Below are positions 9,159 to 18,632 of a stretch of DNA of 64,000 nt, piece by piece. The stretch is from contig JBBCJC010000001.1 of NCBI GenBank assembly GCA_037189525.1, forward strand, positions 448,001-512,000. The letters are read 5' to 3'. The translations under genes were made by a program, and so were the position numbers. This DNA comes from Gemmatimonadales bacterium. GTDB lineage: Bacteria > Gemmatimonadota > Gemmatimonadetes > Gemmatimonadales > GWC2-71-9. The first letter of the stretch is position 1. Every line of letters starts with the position of its first letter. The notes beneath the pieces were generated by a model. The model had not been told where the DNA came from. It was given only the letters and a program-made list of their open reading frames with translations, and made no database searches.

Positions 9159-10619
9159 TCAGCGTTCCGGACTAACGAAGGTCTCGAAAAACCCGAGTCC
9201 CGAGTCTGCCACCGGGCGACCCAGCAGATTTCCGCGCAGCGTGAACTCGCCGCGCATCTGGAGAAAAGTCCGTCCGCCGGCTTGCGCAGCCGGCGTGGCC
9301 TGCGCGTGGCGGACCGAAACGGCAACCTCCACCGTGTCGTTCAGGCGGGCCGCCCGAAAGGTGAACCGCTCCGGCGCCGTGACACCTGTCGCGCCGGCAA
9401 TCGGACGGGTTCCGTGATAGTCGATCGCGGCAAAGCGCAGCACCTGACGGACACCGAGCGAGTCGACCACCGCCAGGAAGTAAGGCGCCGCCGACGGTGC
9501 GGCGAGCGAATCTCCTGTCAGTACGCCGCCGTAAACGAAGGTCATGTCCTGGCCGCGCGCCTGACCCCAGTTCCAGGTCGTTTCACGCCAGACGCCCCAG
9601 TTGTGATCGTGATAGGCCGCGGCACGCTCGACGGCGCGACAGACGCCGTGTTCACAGATGGTACCCGAGGCCACCCCGCGGAGCACCGGCACCACGTAGC
9701 CGGACCGGAAGCGGTCGCCGCGCAGCTCGAGGGGCGGGAAGTAGGCATGCCGCTCCGGCACAATTTCCAGATCGAAGCGCACTGCGCCGGCGGATCCTTG
9801 GATGCGGTACGTCCCGTTCCGCTGGGTCACGGTATGCGATCCGATGGCCAGATCGGCGCGAGTCGTGTCGTATCGGATCAGTTCCTGCGCAGCAAAGCTT
9901 TCGAATCGCGCGGGCGGTCTTCCCTCCCGATGACGGGTAACCAGCAACTGGCCTCCGCCCTTTCCCTGGTAGAGCGGCCCGCCGATCAGATAGGTGATGT
10001 ACCACCACTCATCGGGACCGGGCGCCACGTTGAAATAGTGCCACTCTGCCCAGGTCGAGTCCGCCATCGGCGTGTGGAAGCGATCGATCTCATCGAGCAG
10101 CTCGGCCGGGGTCGGCCGTTTGAAACGCCGATCCGCATCGGAATCTTCCCAGCGACCGGCCAGCAATTGCAACCCCGACCCGACGGCAGCCGCCGCACTT
10201 GGAATTTCGCCGCCGGCGCGCAGGGGGTGCAGCTTCCCGTCGCGAACCAGATAGATCAGCTTCTGTTCGATCAGCGGCGAGGTGGCTGACACCACATCAT
10301 CGAGGCGCGGGCCTCCCGCCAACTGCCGATCGAGAAACCGGGCGCGATCGATTCCGAAGAACATGCCGCTCATCGAACCGGTCCGGAGTCCTTCGAGGTC
10401 GATCCCTTCCGGCAGGAGGGTGACTTCACCGCCACCGACCAGGCGGACGTCGCGCGACTGAATCAGCATCGCTTCGCCGACCGACAACAGCACCATCATG
10501 ACCGCCGCGCCGACCGCATACCCGAACAGCAGCAACGTCGCTCGGCCTCGTTTGATGACGAGATGACGAAAGGCGAGCACCAGAACGGTGCGGAGGTCAG
10601 CCCTGGTCGGTTGGCTCAT
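9159..10619 (-). CDS. Membrane-anchored protein: MacB/FtsX-like N-terminus fused to an AttH/CrtC-like beta-barrel domain
   Basis: N-terminus LAFRHL...TM...GEAML resembles a permease start; AEWHYFN and YHDHNWG resemble CrtC/AttH motifs. Confidence 0.6.
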   Translation of the reverse strand: MSQPTRADLRTVLVLAFRHLVIKRGRATLLLFGYAVGAAVMMVLLSVGEAMLIQSRDVRLVGGGEVTLLPEGIDLEGLRTGSMSGMFFGIDRARFLDRQLAGGPRLDDVVSATSPLIEQKLIYLVRDGKLHPLRAGGEIPSAAAAVGSGLQLLAGRWEDSDADRRFKRPTPAELLDEIDRFHTPMADSTWAEWHYFNVAPGPDEWWYITYLIGGPLYQGKGGGQLLVTRHREGRPPARFESFAAQELIRYDTTRADLAIGSHTVTQRNGTYRIQGSAGAVRFDLEIVPERHAYFPPLELRGDRFRSGYVVPVLRGVASGTICEHGVCRAVERAAAYHDHNWGVWRETTWNWGQARGQDMTFVYGGVLTGDSLAAPSAAPYFLAVVDSLGVRQVLRFAAIDYHGTRPIAGATGVTAPERFTFRAARLNDTVEVAVSVRHAQATPAAQAGGRTFLQMRGEFTLRGNLLGRPVADSGLGFFETFVSPER

Positions 10620-11295
10620 CGGCCACTACCCGTCCATCCCGCAGGCGGACTCGGCGGCGTGCGCGTCCCGAGAGACGTTCGTCGTGGGTGACCACAACGA
10701 GAGTTCGTCCATCGGCGTGAAGGCGGTCGAACAGATCGAGCACCTGGTTACCGGTCTCGACATCGAGTTCACCGGTCGGCTCGTCGGCGAGGACGAGCAC
10801 CGGATCGTTTGCCAGGGCGCGCGCCACCGCAACCCGCTGCATTTCGCCGCCCGACAGCTGCGTGGCGCGATGGTCGGCCCGCGCTCCCAGACCCACGTAT
10901 TCGAGGAGGTCCCGCGCCCGCTTGGTACGCGCACTGCGCTCGAGTCCCGCTTCGGCCATCGGGAGCTCGACGTTTTCCTGCGCCGTCAGCACGGGCAGCA
11001 GATGAAAGCGCTGGAAGATGAAGCCGATCCGCCGCAAGCGAAGTTCCGTCAGGGCGGCATCCGACATCCGCTCGAGCGGCTGTCCCAGCAGTTCGAGCGC
11101 ACCCGAAGTTGGCGTGTCGAGCCCGCCGAGCAATTGCAGCAGGGTCGACTTGCCGCTTCCTGACGGCCCGGTAAACGCAACGTACTCGCCCTGCTCGATC
11201 CGGATCGAGACGCCGCGAAGCGCAGCAACCGGCTGCTGGTTGACCAGGAAGGTACGGGTCAGATCACGACCGACGGCAACAGGCAGCCCGGTCAT
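10597..11295 (-). CDS. ABC ATP-binding protein, LolD/MacB type
   Basis: [29 protein letters not shown] and VTHD. Confidence 0.93.
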   Translation of the reverse strand: MTGLPVAVGRDLTRTFLVNQQPVAALRGVSIRIEQGEYVAFTGPSGSGKSTLLQLLGGLDTPTSGALELLGQPLERMSDAALTELRLRRIGFIFQRFHLLPVLTAQENVELPMAEAGLERSARTKRARDLLEYVGLGARADHRATQLSGGEMQRVAVARALANDPVLVLADEPTGELDVETGNQVLDLFDRLHADGRTLVVVTHDERLSGRARRRVRLRDGRVVADEPTDQG

Positions 11296-12482
11296 TCGGC
11301 CTCCGCACGGAGGGTGAGCGCAATGGGAGCCCGGGCGGCGAGCCAGGCAGGGTATGCGGCAGCAAGGGTGCCCGCCGCGAGCACCGCGGCGCCGGCGCGG
11401 ATCACGCTGTCCCGATCGGCCACGAAAAAGGATATCGCCGCCGGGAGGCCCGGAAACGCCGTCAGGATATCGTCGAGGTAACGGGCTGCGACCAGGCCGA
11501 GCCCGAGCCCCACGACCACCCCGAGCGCCGTGAGCGCTGCGCCTTCCAGCACGACCATGCGAACGATCCGGCTGCGGCGAATACCGATGCCCCGCAGCAC
11601 GGCAAACTCGCCCAGCCGTTCGCCAACCGTGATCGACAGAATCGTCCCCACCAGCAGTACGGCCACGACCAGGCTGATGGTGGCCAGGATCAACGAAAGC
11701 TGCTGGAAGTAGGCAAGCCGTCCGCGAAACTGAGCCACCAGCATGGCAATGCTGTTGACCTCGACCGTGGGATGGGCAGCGGCAATCCGGGCGGCCACGG
11801 CATCGACCAGCGCGTCGTCGCGCACTTTGACCATCACCATCGAGGCCGGATCACGCGCAGCAAGAGAGCCGAATTGCTGCACCACGCTGAATGCGGCCGC
11901 TACGGAGCGCTGGTCGCGGGCATCGTAGAGGAAGCGGACCACGCCGCGAACCGTGAGCCGCCGCTCGGCACCCGGCTCCGCCGATTGCGGATCCAGGCGG
12001 CCGAACACGGTCACGGTGTCGCCGATGGCCCAACCGGCGGCTCTCGCGGCGGGTTCGCTGATCAGCAACCCCGTCGTATCACCGGGAGCCAGATCGGCGC
12101 CACGCTCGAGCTCATAGAGACCTTGCCCGGCGGGATCGATGCCGTAGGCAACGACGGTCAGGGTCGACCCAGCAGTACGGACATGTATCGGAGTGGCGAC
12201 CACGGGACCGACCGATGCGATGTCTGGGTCGGTGCGCAGAGTCGCCACCAGCGGGGTCGCCCCCGGAATGACCGCTTCGGAATCGAACGGAAGCGTCCCC
12301 TGCGGCGAAAGCCTGATCTGATAGCCTCGACTCAGCAGCATACGACTGAACGAGCGTTCCATCCCGCCTGACAGCATCACCATATCGAGCAAGAGCGCCG
12401 CCGCGATGGCAATCCCGAGCACGGCGAGTCCCGTCCGGATCGGGTGTCGGGCCAGGTTGCGGAATACCAGTGCGCCGGTCAC
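11292..12482 (-). CDS. MacB/FtsX family ABC permease
   Basis: RNLARHPIRT N-terminus and ERLGEFAVLRGIG; GTG start overlaps the upstream stop. Confidence 0.85.
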   Translation of the reverse strand: MTGALVFRNLARHPIRTGLAVLGIAIAAALLLDMVMLSGGMERSFSRMLLSRGYQIRLSPQGTLPFDSEAVIPGATPLVATLRTDPDIASVGPVVATPIHVRTAGSTLTVVAYGIDPAGQGLYELERGADLAPGDTTGLLISEPAARAAGWAIGDTVTVFGRLDPQSAEPGAERRLTVRGVVRFLYDARDQRSVAAAFSVVQQFGSLAARDPASMVMVKVRDDALVDAVAARIAAAHPTVEVNSIAMLVAQFRGRLAYFQQLSLILATISLVVAVLLVGTILSITVGERLGEFAVLRGIGIRRSRIVRMVVLEGAALTALGVVVGLGLGLVAARYLDDILTAFPGLPAAISFFVADRDSVIRAGAAVLAAGTLAAAYPAWLAARAPIALTLRAEAE

Positions 12483-13291
12483 GCGGCCCTTCGCCAGAGC
12501 GCAAGCGGGTTGGCAGCGACCAGCCGGCGCGCCGCGAGCAGGCCGGCGCCGATGCCCAGCAACAGGGAAAGGCCGACGCCTAACGCCATGATATCGGGAG
12601 TCAGATACGAGAACACCAGGGTGGTGTCGAAGCGGCGCTGGTAGCCCCAGTTGGTCAGCACGCCCGCCAGTGCCGCCAAGCCGACACCCAGCACCGAACC
12701 GACGGCGGCAATCAGGGTCGCTTCGAGCACGAAGGCACGGACGACCGTGGCGCGACTGATCCCGATCAGCCGCATCACGGCGGCATCCAGGCGGCGTTCT
12801 TCCACCTTGAGCAGCATGATGCACAGCAGAAAGACCGCGCTCGCGACAATGGCAATGACCCCGATGGCCCGGTGGAACCGGCTCACCACTGCAAAGGTTC
12901 GCGACGACTCGGCGGCAATCACGTCCGAAGCGAAGGCGCGGTATCCGAAGGCGCGCTGATCGAGGCGGGCCGCCACGCTGTCCGCCGCAATACCGGCCAC
13001 CGCGGCGACGCCCATGCGATCGATCCGGTCGGGATGGCCGAGCAAGTCCGCCAGGTCGGGAAGATGGAAACGAATGTGGTACTCGTTGCGCAGCGCGGTG
13101 GCGGGATCGGGTCGCGGCTCGTAGACCGCCTCGACTACGAAGCGCCGGACTGCGCCGCCCGGTTCCGGAGTGACGGCGATCGTGTCACCGACGGCAACCG
13201 AAAAATGCGCAGCGAGTCGCCGTTCGATCGCTACGCCAGGTACGGGCGGCAGTGTATCGGCGCTGAGCAGAGCGAGCAGGACCAGGAGCAT
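12479..13291 (-). CDS. FtsX-like permease, short
   Basis: ERRLDAAVMRLIGISR..V...FVLEA and C-terminal TM helices. Confidence 0.8.
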   Translation of the reverse strand: MLLVLLALLSADTLPPVPGVAIERRLAAHFSVAVGDTIAVTPEPGGAVRRFVVEAVYEPRPDPATALRNEYHIRFHLPDLADLLGHPDRIDRMGVAAVAGIAADSVAARLDQRAFGYRAFASDVIAAESSRTFAVVSRFHRAIGVIAIVASAVFLLCIMLLKVEERRLDAAVMRLIGISRATVVRAFVLEATLIAAVGSVLGVGLAALAGVLTNWGYQRRFDTTLVFSYLTPDIMALGVGLSLLLGIGAGLLAARRLVAANPLALWRRAA

Positions 13292-13378
13292 CTCCGGAAG
13301 CTAACAAGCTGGGGACGGGCTTCTGATCGGGCTGTTGACCGGTAGAAATACGGGATGTACATTGTCGGTGAACGTTGT

Positions 13379-13399
13379 TTGAAATGAATCTCATTCTCA
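13379..13399. promoter_or_regulatory. Putative Fur-family box
   Basis: AT-rich TTGAAATGAATCTCATTCTCA with palindromic core AATGA-N3-TCATT, about 35 bp upstream of the CbiX-like gene. Confidence 0.6.
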
Positions 13400-13433
13400 T
13401 CAATAACAATATCTGTCAACATCGGCGACCTCC

Positions 13434-14327
13434 ATGCTTCGCTCCATCGTGTTCCTGACCACGCTCGCCTGCTCCATGGCAAGCGGACTGACTGCGCAGA
13501 CCGGCCTGCTCGTCGTCGCCCACGGGGCGAACCAGCCGTGGAATGACGGCGTCCGAAAGGTGGTCGAGCAGGTCCGCTGGTCGGGACCGGTCACCACGGC
13601 CTTCCTGATGGGTCCGGAAGCGGGCACGTCGGGCTGGGCGGCAGGTATCGCCAAACTGACCGAGGCCGGCGCCAAGCGGATCGTCATCGTCCCCCTGATG
13701 GTCTCGTCGGCGGGCGCGCACTTCGAACAGGTCCGCTTTTACGCCGGCGAGATTGCCGAGTTGCCGAAGGCGCTGGCTGCGCATGCGGAGGGCGGGCATG
13801 GTGGCCATGGCGGTCACGCCGCCCACCATGGCGCCGGCTCGGTACCCTTGGCGGTCACCCCGGCGCTCGACGACGCGCCGGAACTGGGCCTGGCCATCCA
13901 ATCGATCTGGGCCGAGCTGTCGAGCGCCGATCGGACCCGGCCGCTGGTCTTCGTGGCCCACGGCCCGACCAGCGACGAGGAAGCCGCCGTGTGGATGACC
14001 AATCTGAGCCGAGCGGTGGGACCGGTGGCGGCCGAGGCCGGGGTGCCGTTTGCGATCGAGCTGATTCGGGACGACGCACCTCCTCCGATGCGCGCCGCTG
14101 CCGTCGAGAAAACCCGGCAGACTATTCTCGGCTTTGCCGCCCGGGCGCGCGACTCGGTCACGGTGCTCCCGCTCCTCATCTCGCGGGGCACGATCAACAC
14201 CGTCACGATCCCGAAGGATCTGGCCAACCTGCCCATTTCGTATCATCCGGCGGCCCTCGCCCCCTCGCCCCATCTGGCGCGATGGATCGAGCGGATCGCG
14301 CTTGCCCGGACCGAAACGACCCCTTAG
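13434..14327 (+). CDS. CbiX/SirB-like chelatase-fold protein with signal peptide and His-rich linker
   Basis: LLVVAHG, VPLMVSS, a second FVAHG domain, and HAEGGHGGHGGHAAHH. Confidence 0.8.
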   Translation: MLRSIVFLTTLACSMASGLTAQTGLLVVAHGANQPWNDGVRKVVEQVRWSGPVTTAFLMGPEAGTSGWAAGIAKLTEAGAKRIVIVPLMVSSAGAHFEQVRFYAGEIAELPKALAAHAEGGHGGHGGHAAHHGAGSVPLAVTPALDDAPELGLAIQSIWAELSSADRTRPLVFVAHGPTSDEEAAVWMTNLSRAVGPVAAEAGVPFAIELIRDDAPPPMRAAAVEKTRQTILGFAARARDSVTVLPLLISRGTINTVTIPKDLANLPISYHPAALAPSPHLARWIERIALARTETTP

Positions 14328-14333
14328 CCTTGG

Positions 14334-14365
14334 GGTCGGCTGCCGGCTTCGGCTGGCAGCCGACC
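14334..14365 (+). terminator. Strong hairpin (14-bp stem, cUUCGg loop) without a U-tract
   Basis: GGTCGGCTGCCGGC-TTCG-GCTGGCAGCCGACC. Confidence 0.5.
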
Positions 14366-14520
14366 AACATGGAGACAGGGTCTCCCGGAAGTCCGGTGCA
14401 AAACCGGCGCGGCCCCGCCACTGTAAGAGGAATCTGTTTCCGATGCGAATGATGCCACTGCGGACGCTGGAGTCCGTGGGAAGGCTCGCATCGGATCCTC
14501 GAGCCAGGAGACCGGCCCTC
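14366..14520 (+). ncRNA. Cobalamin riboswitch
   Basis: GGAA-GTCCGGTGCAAAACCGGCGCGGCCCCGCCACTGTAA, GCCACTG...GGGAAGG, and B12 box AGCCAGGAGACCGGCC; upstream of a TonB receptor. Confidence 0.93.
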
Positions 14521-14658
14521 GTCTCGCCCGCACGATTCCCTCGGGGGAGGGAGCGGGGCGTGCCGGGGTTTCGCCAGCCGTAGCCTCACCTGCCCTGCCA
14601 GATTCGCCGGTTTCCGGCGGCGCTTGTCGTGTGGAACTTCCGTGCAGGGATGTTCCTC

Positions 14659-16533
14659 ATGTCGAGGCACTTCGTTCGTTCCATCCTGCTGGCGCTGACC
14701 GCGCCGGCGACTCTCGCTGCGCAACAAACGCGCGACTCCGTCCGTCTCGATGATATCGTGGTCCAGGTGAGCCGTGAGGCGACCTCGGCCCGGATCAGGG
14801 CATCGGCAGCCGACGTCCTCGACAGCGACGAACTCGAGCGCCGCCAGGTACGCCGGCTGTCCGACGCGCTGCGGCTGATTCCAGCTGCCGGTCTGGTCGG
14901 CACGGGCGGCCTCGGCGGAACGACCGCCTCGTTCATGCGCGGCGTCAACTCCAACCAGACCCTGCTGCTGATCGACGGCATCCGGGTCAACGATGCCAAC
15001 GCCGATCCGTCCTCCTTCCTCGGCGGCTTCGAGTTCTCACTCGGCGATCGCCTCGAAGTGGCGCGCGGTCCGCAGAGCACGTCCTTCGGTGGCGGTGCCA
15101 TCGGCGGCGTCATTGCCGTAGCCGGCCGGGTTCCGGTCGAGGCGAGCCGGCTCGGCCTCGAAGCCGAAGCCGGCGCGTTCAATACCTTCCGCGGGCGAGC
15201 CTACGGCGCGGTGCGCACCAGCAAGCTCGGCATCATCGGATCGATCACGGCAACCGAGGCCGACAACCAGCGCCCGTTCAACCAGTACGATCAACGCACC
15301 GAGCACGTCCGGGTCGAATACTACGCCTCGCCCTCGTTGACGGTGGGCGGCTCGCTGCGCGGCTTGCAGCAATCGTACACCAGCCCCGGCGACATCCGGA
15401 CCACCAATACCACGCCGGTCGGCTATTCGGATTTCGACCACACCTTGGGAACCATCTTTGTCGACGGGCGCCCCGGCTCGATCTGGTCGACCCGCTTCAC
15501 GTTCGGCGGCCAGGGCTACTTCATCCGGAGCCGGAGCCGGTTCAACGACGGTCCGGAATCCGTTACCACACTCAAAGTCGATCGGTGGACGGCCGACTGG
15601 CAGCATCGTTTTGCCGTGGCGCGCGAACTGACCCTGATTGCCGGTGCGGTGGCCGAGTGGACCGACGTGGCGGACAACGGCAGTCGGCTGGATGAAGAAC
15701 AGAAGGCGGGCTACGCGGAGGTCCTGGTCACCCCGACCGACAATCTGACCATTTCCGGTGGGGTCCGGCACGACGACTACACCACCTTCGGCGCCAAGAC
15801 GACCGGCCGGGTCGCGGCGGGACTCTACTTGCCGGCAGCACAGACCAAGCTCCGCGCAACCTACGGCACCGGCTTTCTGCCTCCGCAACTGGTGGCGCGC
15901 TTCGGCGGCGCGTTCTATCGCGCAAATCCCGACATCCTGCCGGAAAAATCGAAGGGCTTCGACGTCGGCGTCGATCAGTTCCTGGCCGCCGGGCGGGCGA
16001 TGCTGAGCCTGACCTACTTCAAGAACGACCTGACCGACCTGCTGGCGTACGAGGCAGGCGGACCGCCCGACTGGGTAGGCCGGATGGTCAACCTGAACAA
16101 AGCGGAAACGTCCGGCCTCGAATTCGGCGGGCGGGCAACGGTGGGCCAGGTGGACGTCCGCGCGAGTTACACCATGCTCACGGCCGAGAATATGTCCGAT
16201 GGCACGGTCGAGGCCGAGCGGCGGCTGATTCGGCGACCCAAGCATGCGATCGGCTTCGACCTGGCGTGGTCGCCGGGTGCGCTCACGGTCGGTGCCGGCG
16301 CTTCCGGCGCATTGGATCGGGAGGACACGGACTTCAATGCGTTCCCGTCGGTGCGGGTCGATCCGGGCAACTACCTGAACGGCCGGATCTACGCCGAGTG
16401 GCGCGCAACCTCGGGCATCGCGGTACGGGGCCGGGTCGAAAACGTATTTGACAAGCGGTACGAAGAAGCCTTTGGTTTCCCGACGTTGGGGAGGCGAGCC
16501 ACTATCGGCATCTCCCTCGATCGGAGCCGATGA
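14659..16533 (+). CDS. btuB: TonB-dependent cobalamin receptor
   Basis: Signal peptide, plug motif FMRG.NSNQTLLLIDG, EVARGPQS..FG..AIGGVI, and C-terminal ENVFDKRYE; downstream of the B12 riboswitch. Confidence 0.88.
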   Translation: MSRHFVRSILLALTAPATLAAQQTRDSVRLDDIVVQVSREATSARIRASAADVLDSDELERRQVRRLSDALRLIPAAGLVGTGGLGGTTASFMRGVNSNQTLLLIDGIRVNDANADPSSFLGGFEFSLGDRLEVARGPQSTSFGGGAIGGVIAVAGRVPVEASRLGLEAEAGAFNTFRGRAYGAVRTSKLGIIGSITATEADNQRPFNQYDQRTEHVRVEYYASPSLTVGGSLRGLQQSYTSPGDIRTTNTTPVGYSDFDHTLGTIFVDGRPGSIWSTRFTFGGQGYFIRSRSRFNDGPESVTTLKVDRWTADWQHRFAVARELTLIAGAVAEWTDVADNGSRLDEEQKAGYAEVLVTPTDNLTISGGVRHDDYTTFGAKTTGRVAAGLYLPAAQTKLRATYGTGFLPPQLVARFGGAFYRANPDILPEKSKGFDVGVDQFLAAGRAMLSLTYFKNDLTDLLAYEAGGPPDWVGRMVNLNKAETSGLEFGGRATVGQVDVRASYTMLTAENMSDGTVEAERRLIRRPKHAIGFDLAWSPGALTVGAGASGALDREDTDFNAFPSVRVDPGNYLNGRIYAEWRATSGIAVRGRVENVFDKRYEEAFGFPTLGRRATIGISLDRSR

Positions 16534-17201
16534 GTATTGCGCTGTCCTGGAGCAGCGGAAAAGACGCGGCGTGGGCCCTGCACCTGTTGCGGCAGCAGGG
16601 CCACGACGTTTCGATGCTGATTACCACGGTCACCCGGGATTTCGACCGGGTGGCAATCCACGGGGTGCGCCGGAGCGTGCTGCGACAGCAGGCGGCCCGG
16701 GTCGATCTGCCCCTCCTCGAGATAGAACTTCCCTGGCCCTGTTCCAACGAGCTCTACGAATTCGCGATGGGCGCGGCTCTGGCTCGCCTCAAGGAGCGTG
16801 AGGACATTTCGGCGGTCGCATTCGGCGACCTCTTCCTGGCCGACGTGCGCGCCTACCGTGAGCGCCTGCTGGCGCCGCATGGGCTGGAGCCCCTCTTTCC
16901 CCTCTGGGGCATGCGTACCGATCTGCTGATGCGGAACATGATTCGGGCCGGCGTGGTGGCCCACGTCGCGTCGCTCGACCCGGCCAAGGTGCCGAGCCGG
17001 TTTGCCGGCTGGGCCATCGACCGCGCCTTTCTCGACGCGCTGCCGCCCGAGGTCGACCCCTGCGGAGAGTACGGCGAGTTTCACACCGTCGTTTCGGACG
17101 GGCCGATGTTTGCGAGTCCGGTGCCGCTGATTCCCGGAGAAATCGTCGAGCGGGACGGATTCGTCTATGCCGACTTCCAGACGACGGCACTACCGGAATG
17201 A
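16530..17201 (+). CDS. PP-loop ATPase, diphthamide-synthase (diphthine-ammonia ligase)-like family
   Basis: SWSSGKDA, FGDLFL and VDPCGEYGEFHT. Confidence 0.85.
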   Translation: MSIALSWSSGKDAAWALHLLRQQGHDVSMLITTVTRDFDRVAIHGVRRSVLRQQAARVDLPLLEIELPWPCSNELYEFAMGAALARLKEREDISAVAFGDLFLADVRAYRERLLAPHGLEPLFPLWGMRTDLLMRNMIRAGVVAHVASLDPAKVPSRFAGWAIDRAFLDALPPEVDPCGEYGEFHTVVSDGPMFASPVPLIPGEIVERDGFVYADFQTTALPE

Positions 17202-17377
17202 GCGGGCGCATCCCGTCGCCCTGCCGTCAGATCTGCGTTCTGGGCGACGACAACCACTGCGATGGCTGCGGACGATCGCTCGATGAGGTCCGACGCTGGC
17301 TCACCATGTCACCGGCTGAGCGGCTGGCCGTCATGGCCCGCGTCGCCGACTGGACACCCCGCACGCCAGCTCCATAA
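17198..17377 (+). CDS. DUF1289 family small Cys-rich protein (59 aa, absent from the ORF track)
   Basis: Manual translation MSGRIPSPCRQICVLGDDNHCDGCGRSLDEVRRW...; ATGA overlap with the upstream gene. Confidence 0.85.
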   Translation: MSGRIPSPCRQICVLGDDNHCDGCGRSLDEVRRWLTMSPAERLAVMARVADWTPRTPAP

Positions 17378-17421
17378 ATCTGGCAGGCAGCGGCAGAGCG
17401 CCCAGCCGGTTCCCTCCCCGG

Positions 17422-18504
17422 TCAGTTCACAATCAACGCCGTCACCATCCCGAACATGCCGTGCGCCGATTCGGCGTGGCTCAGCACGTGGCAGTGGAAT
17501 GCCCAGGTACCGGGATTGGTCGCCTGTACCAGGACGTCCCACCGCTCGCCGGGGGCGACGTTGAGGGTATCGCACTTCCACGGCATGGGCTGCTCCCAAC
17601 CGTCCTTGGCGATGACCGTCATGTGCATGCCGTGCAGATGCATCGGATGGATCATGAGCCCTTCGTTCATGAACCTGATCCGGAGCGTCTGTCCCCGCTT
17701 CACGACGATCGGCTCGGTCGCCGGAAACCCTTTGCCGTTGCAGGTGTACCCATGCACCGTGTCGTTCAGGATCATGACGTAGTCGACATCCACCTTCGGC
17801 TCGCGCGACCGGTCCTTGGGCTCCACGATGAACGCGCCCAGAAGTCCCATCGAGACCTGCTTGGCCGCGTTGTGGTGCGAGTGGTACATGTGCGACCCTG
17901 AATTGGGCACCGTGAATTCGTAGGTGAATGTTTCACCCGGCTTGATCGGCGGCTGGGTGATGAACGGCACGCCGTCCTGGTCGTTCGGGATCTCGAGACC
18001 GTGAAAATGCACGGCGGTCGATTCGGGCAGCTCGTTCCGTACCACGACCCGAACGCGGTCCCCTTCGCGGACTCGAATCTGCGGCCCCGGAACCTGTCCG
18101 TTGTAGGCCCACGCCTTGAGCCGGCGACCGGGCTCGACTTCCCAATCGATCTCGCGGCATTCGAGTTCGTAGACCTTGACGCCGCGGACCACCTTCGGCT
18201 CCATCACGACGTTGCCCTTGCCCTCGGTCTTGGCGGGAAACGCCTTGACGCCTGCCTCGTGATCGGCGTCCATCTTGTCGGCCCGTTCCCGCGCCGAGAG
18301 CGGCGCCGGCGCCGGCGCTGCGGCCTGGTGGCCGGCCTGATGCGAATCGCTGGCCGGTTGCTGCGCGGCGGCGTTGGTATCGGAAGCGCCGGCGCAGGCA
18401 GCCAGCGCGCTCCCCAGAACCGGCACTCCGAGCGCCGCGACCGCGCCCCGCTGGAGAAAGGTCCGGCGGTCGGTCGATTTATGCGATATCAGATGTTCCG
18501 ACAT
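17422..18504 (-). CDS. Tat-exported two-domain multicopper oxidase
   Basis: RRTFL Tat motif; Cu motifs HFHG, MYHSH, HPMHLHG and HCHVLSH. Confidence 0.9.
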   Translation of the reverse strand: MSEHLISHKSTDRRTFLQRGAVAALGVPVLGSALAACAGASDTNAAAQQPASDSHQAGHQAAAPAPAPLSARERADKMDADHEAGVKAFPAKTEGKGNVVMEPKVVRGVKVYELECREIDWEVEPGRRLKAWAYNGQVPGPQIRVREGDRVRVVVRNELPESTAVHFHGLEIPNDQDGVPFITQPPIKPGETFTYEFTVPNSGSHMYHSHHNAAKQVSMGLLGAFIVEPKDRSREPKVDVDYVMILNDTVHGYTCNGKGFPATEPIVVKRGQTLRIRFMNEGLMIHPMHLHGMHMTVIAKDGWEQPMPWKCDTLNVAPGERWDVLVQATNPGTWAFHCHVLSHAESAHGMFGMVTALIVN

Positions 18505-18632
18505 GATCGTCCTCGTTGAGATCGAAAGCCGTGACCGGCGCCGTTCGGCGTCCGGGCGGCTTCACGACCTCAAAATCGCGGGAGGCGATTGAAGACTCTC
18601 GGGATCGCAAATGAAGATTTCTTTAGGATGGG

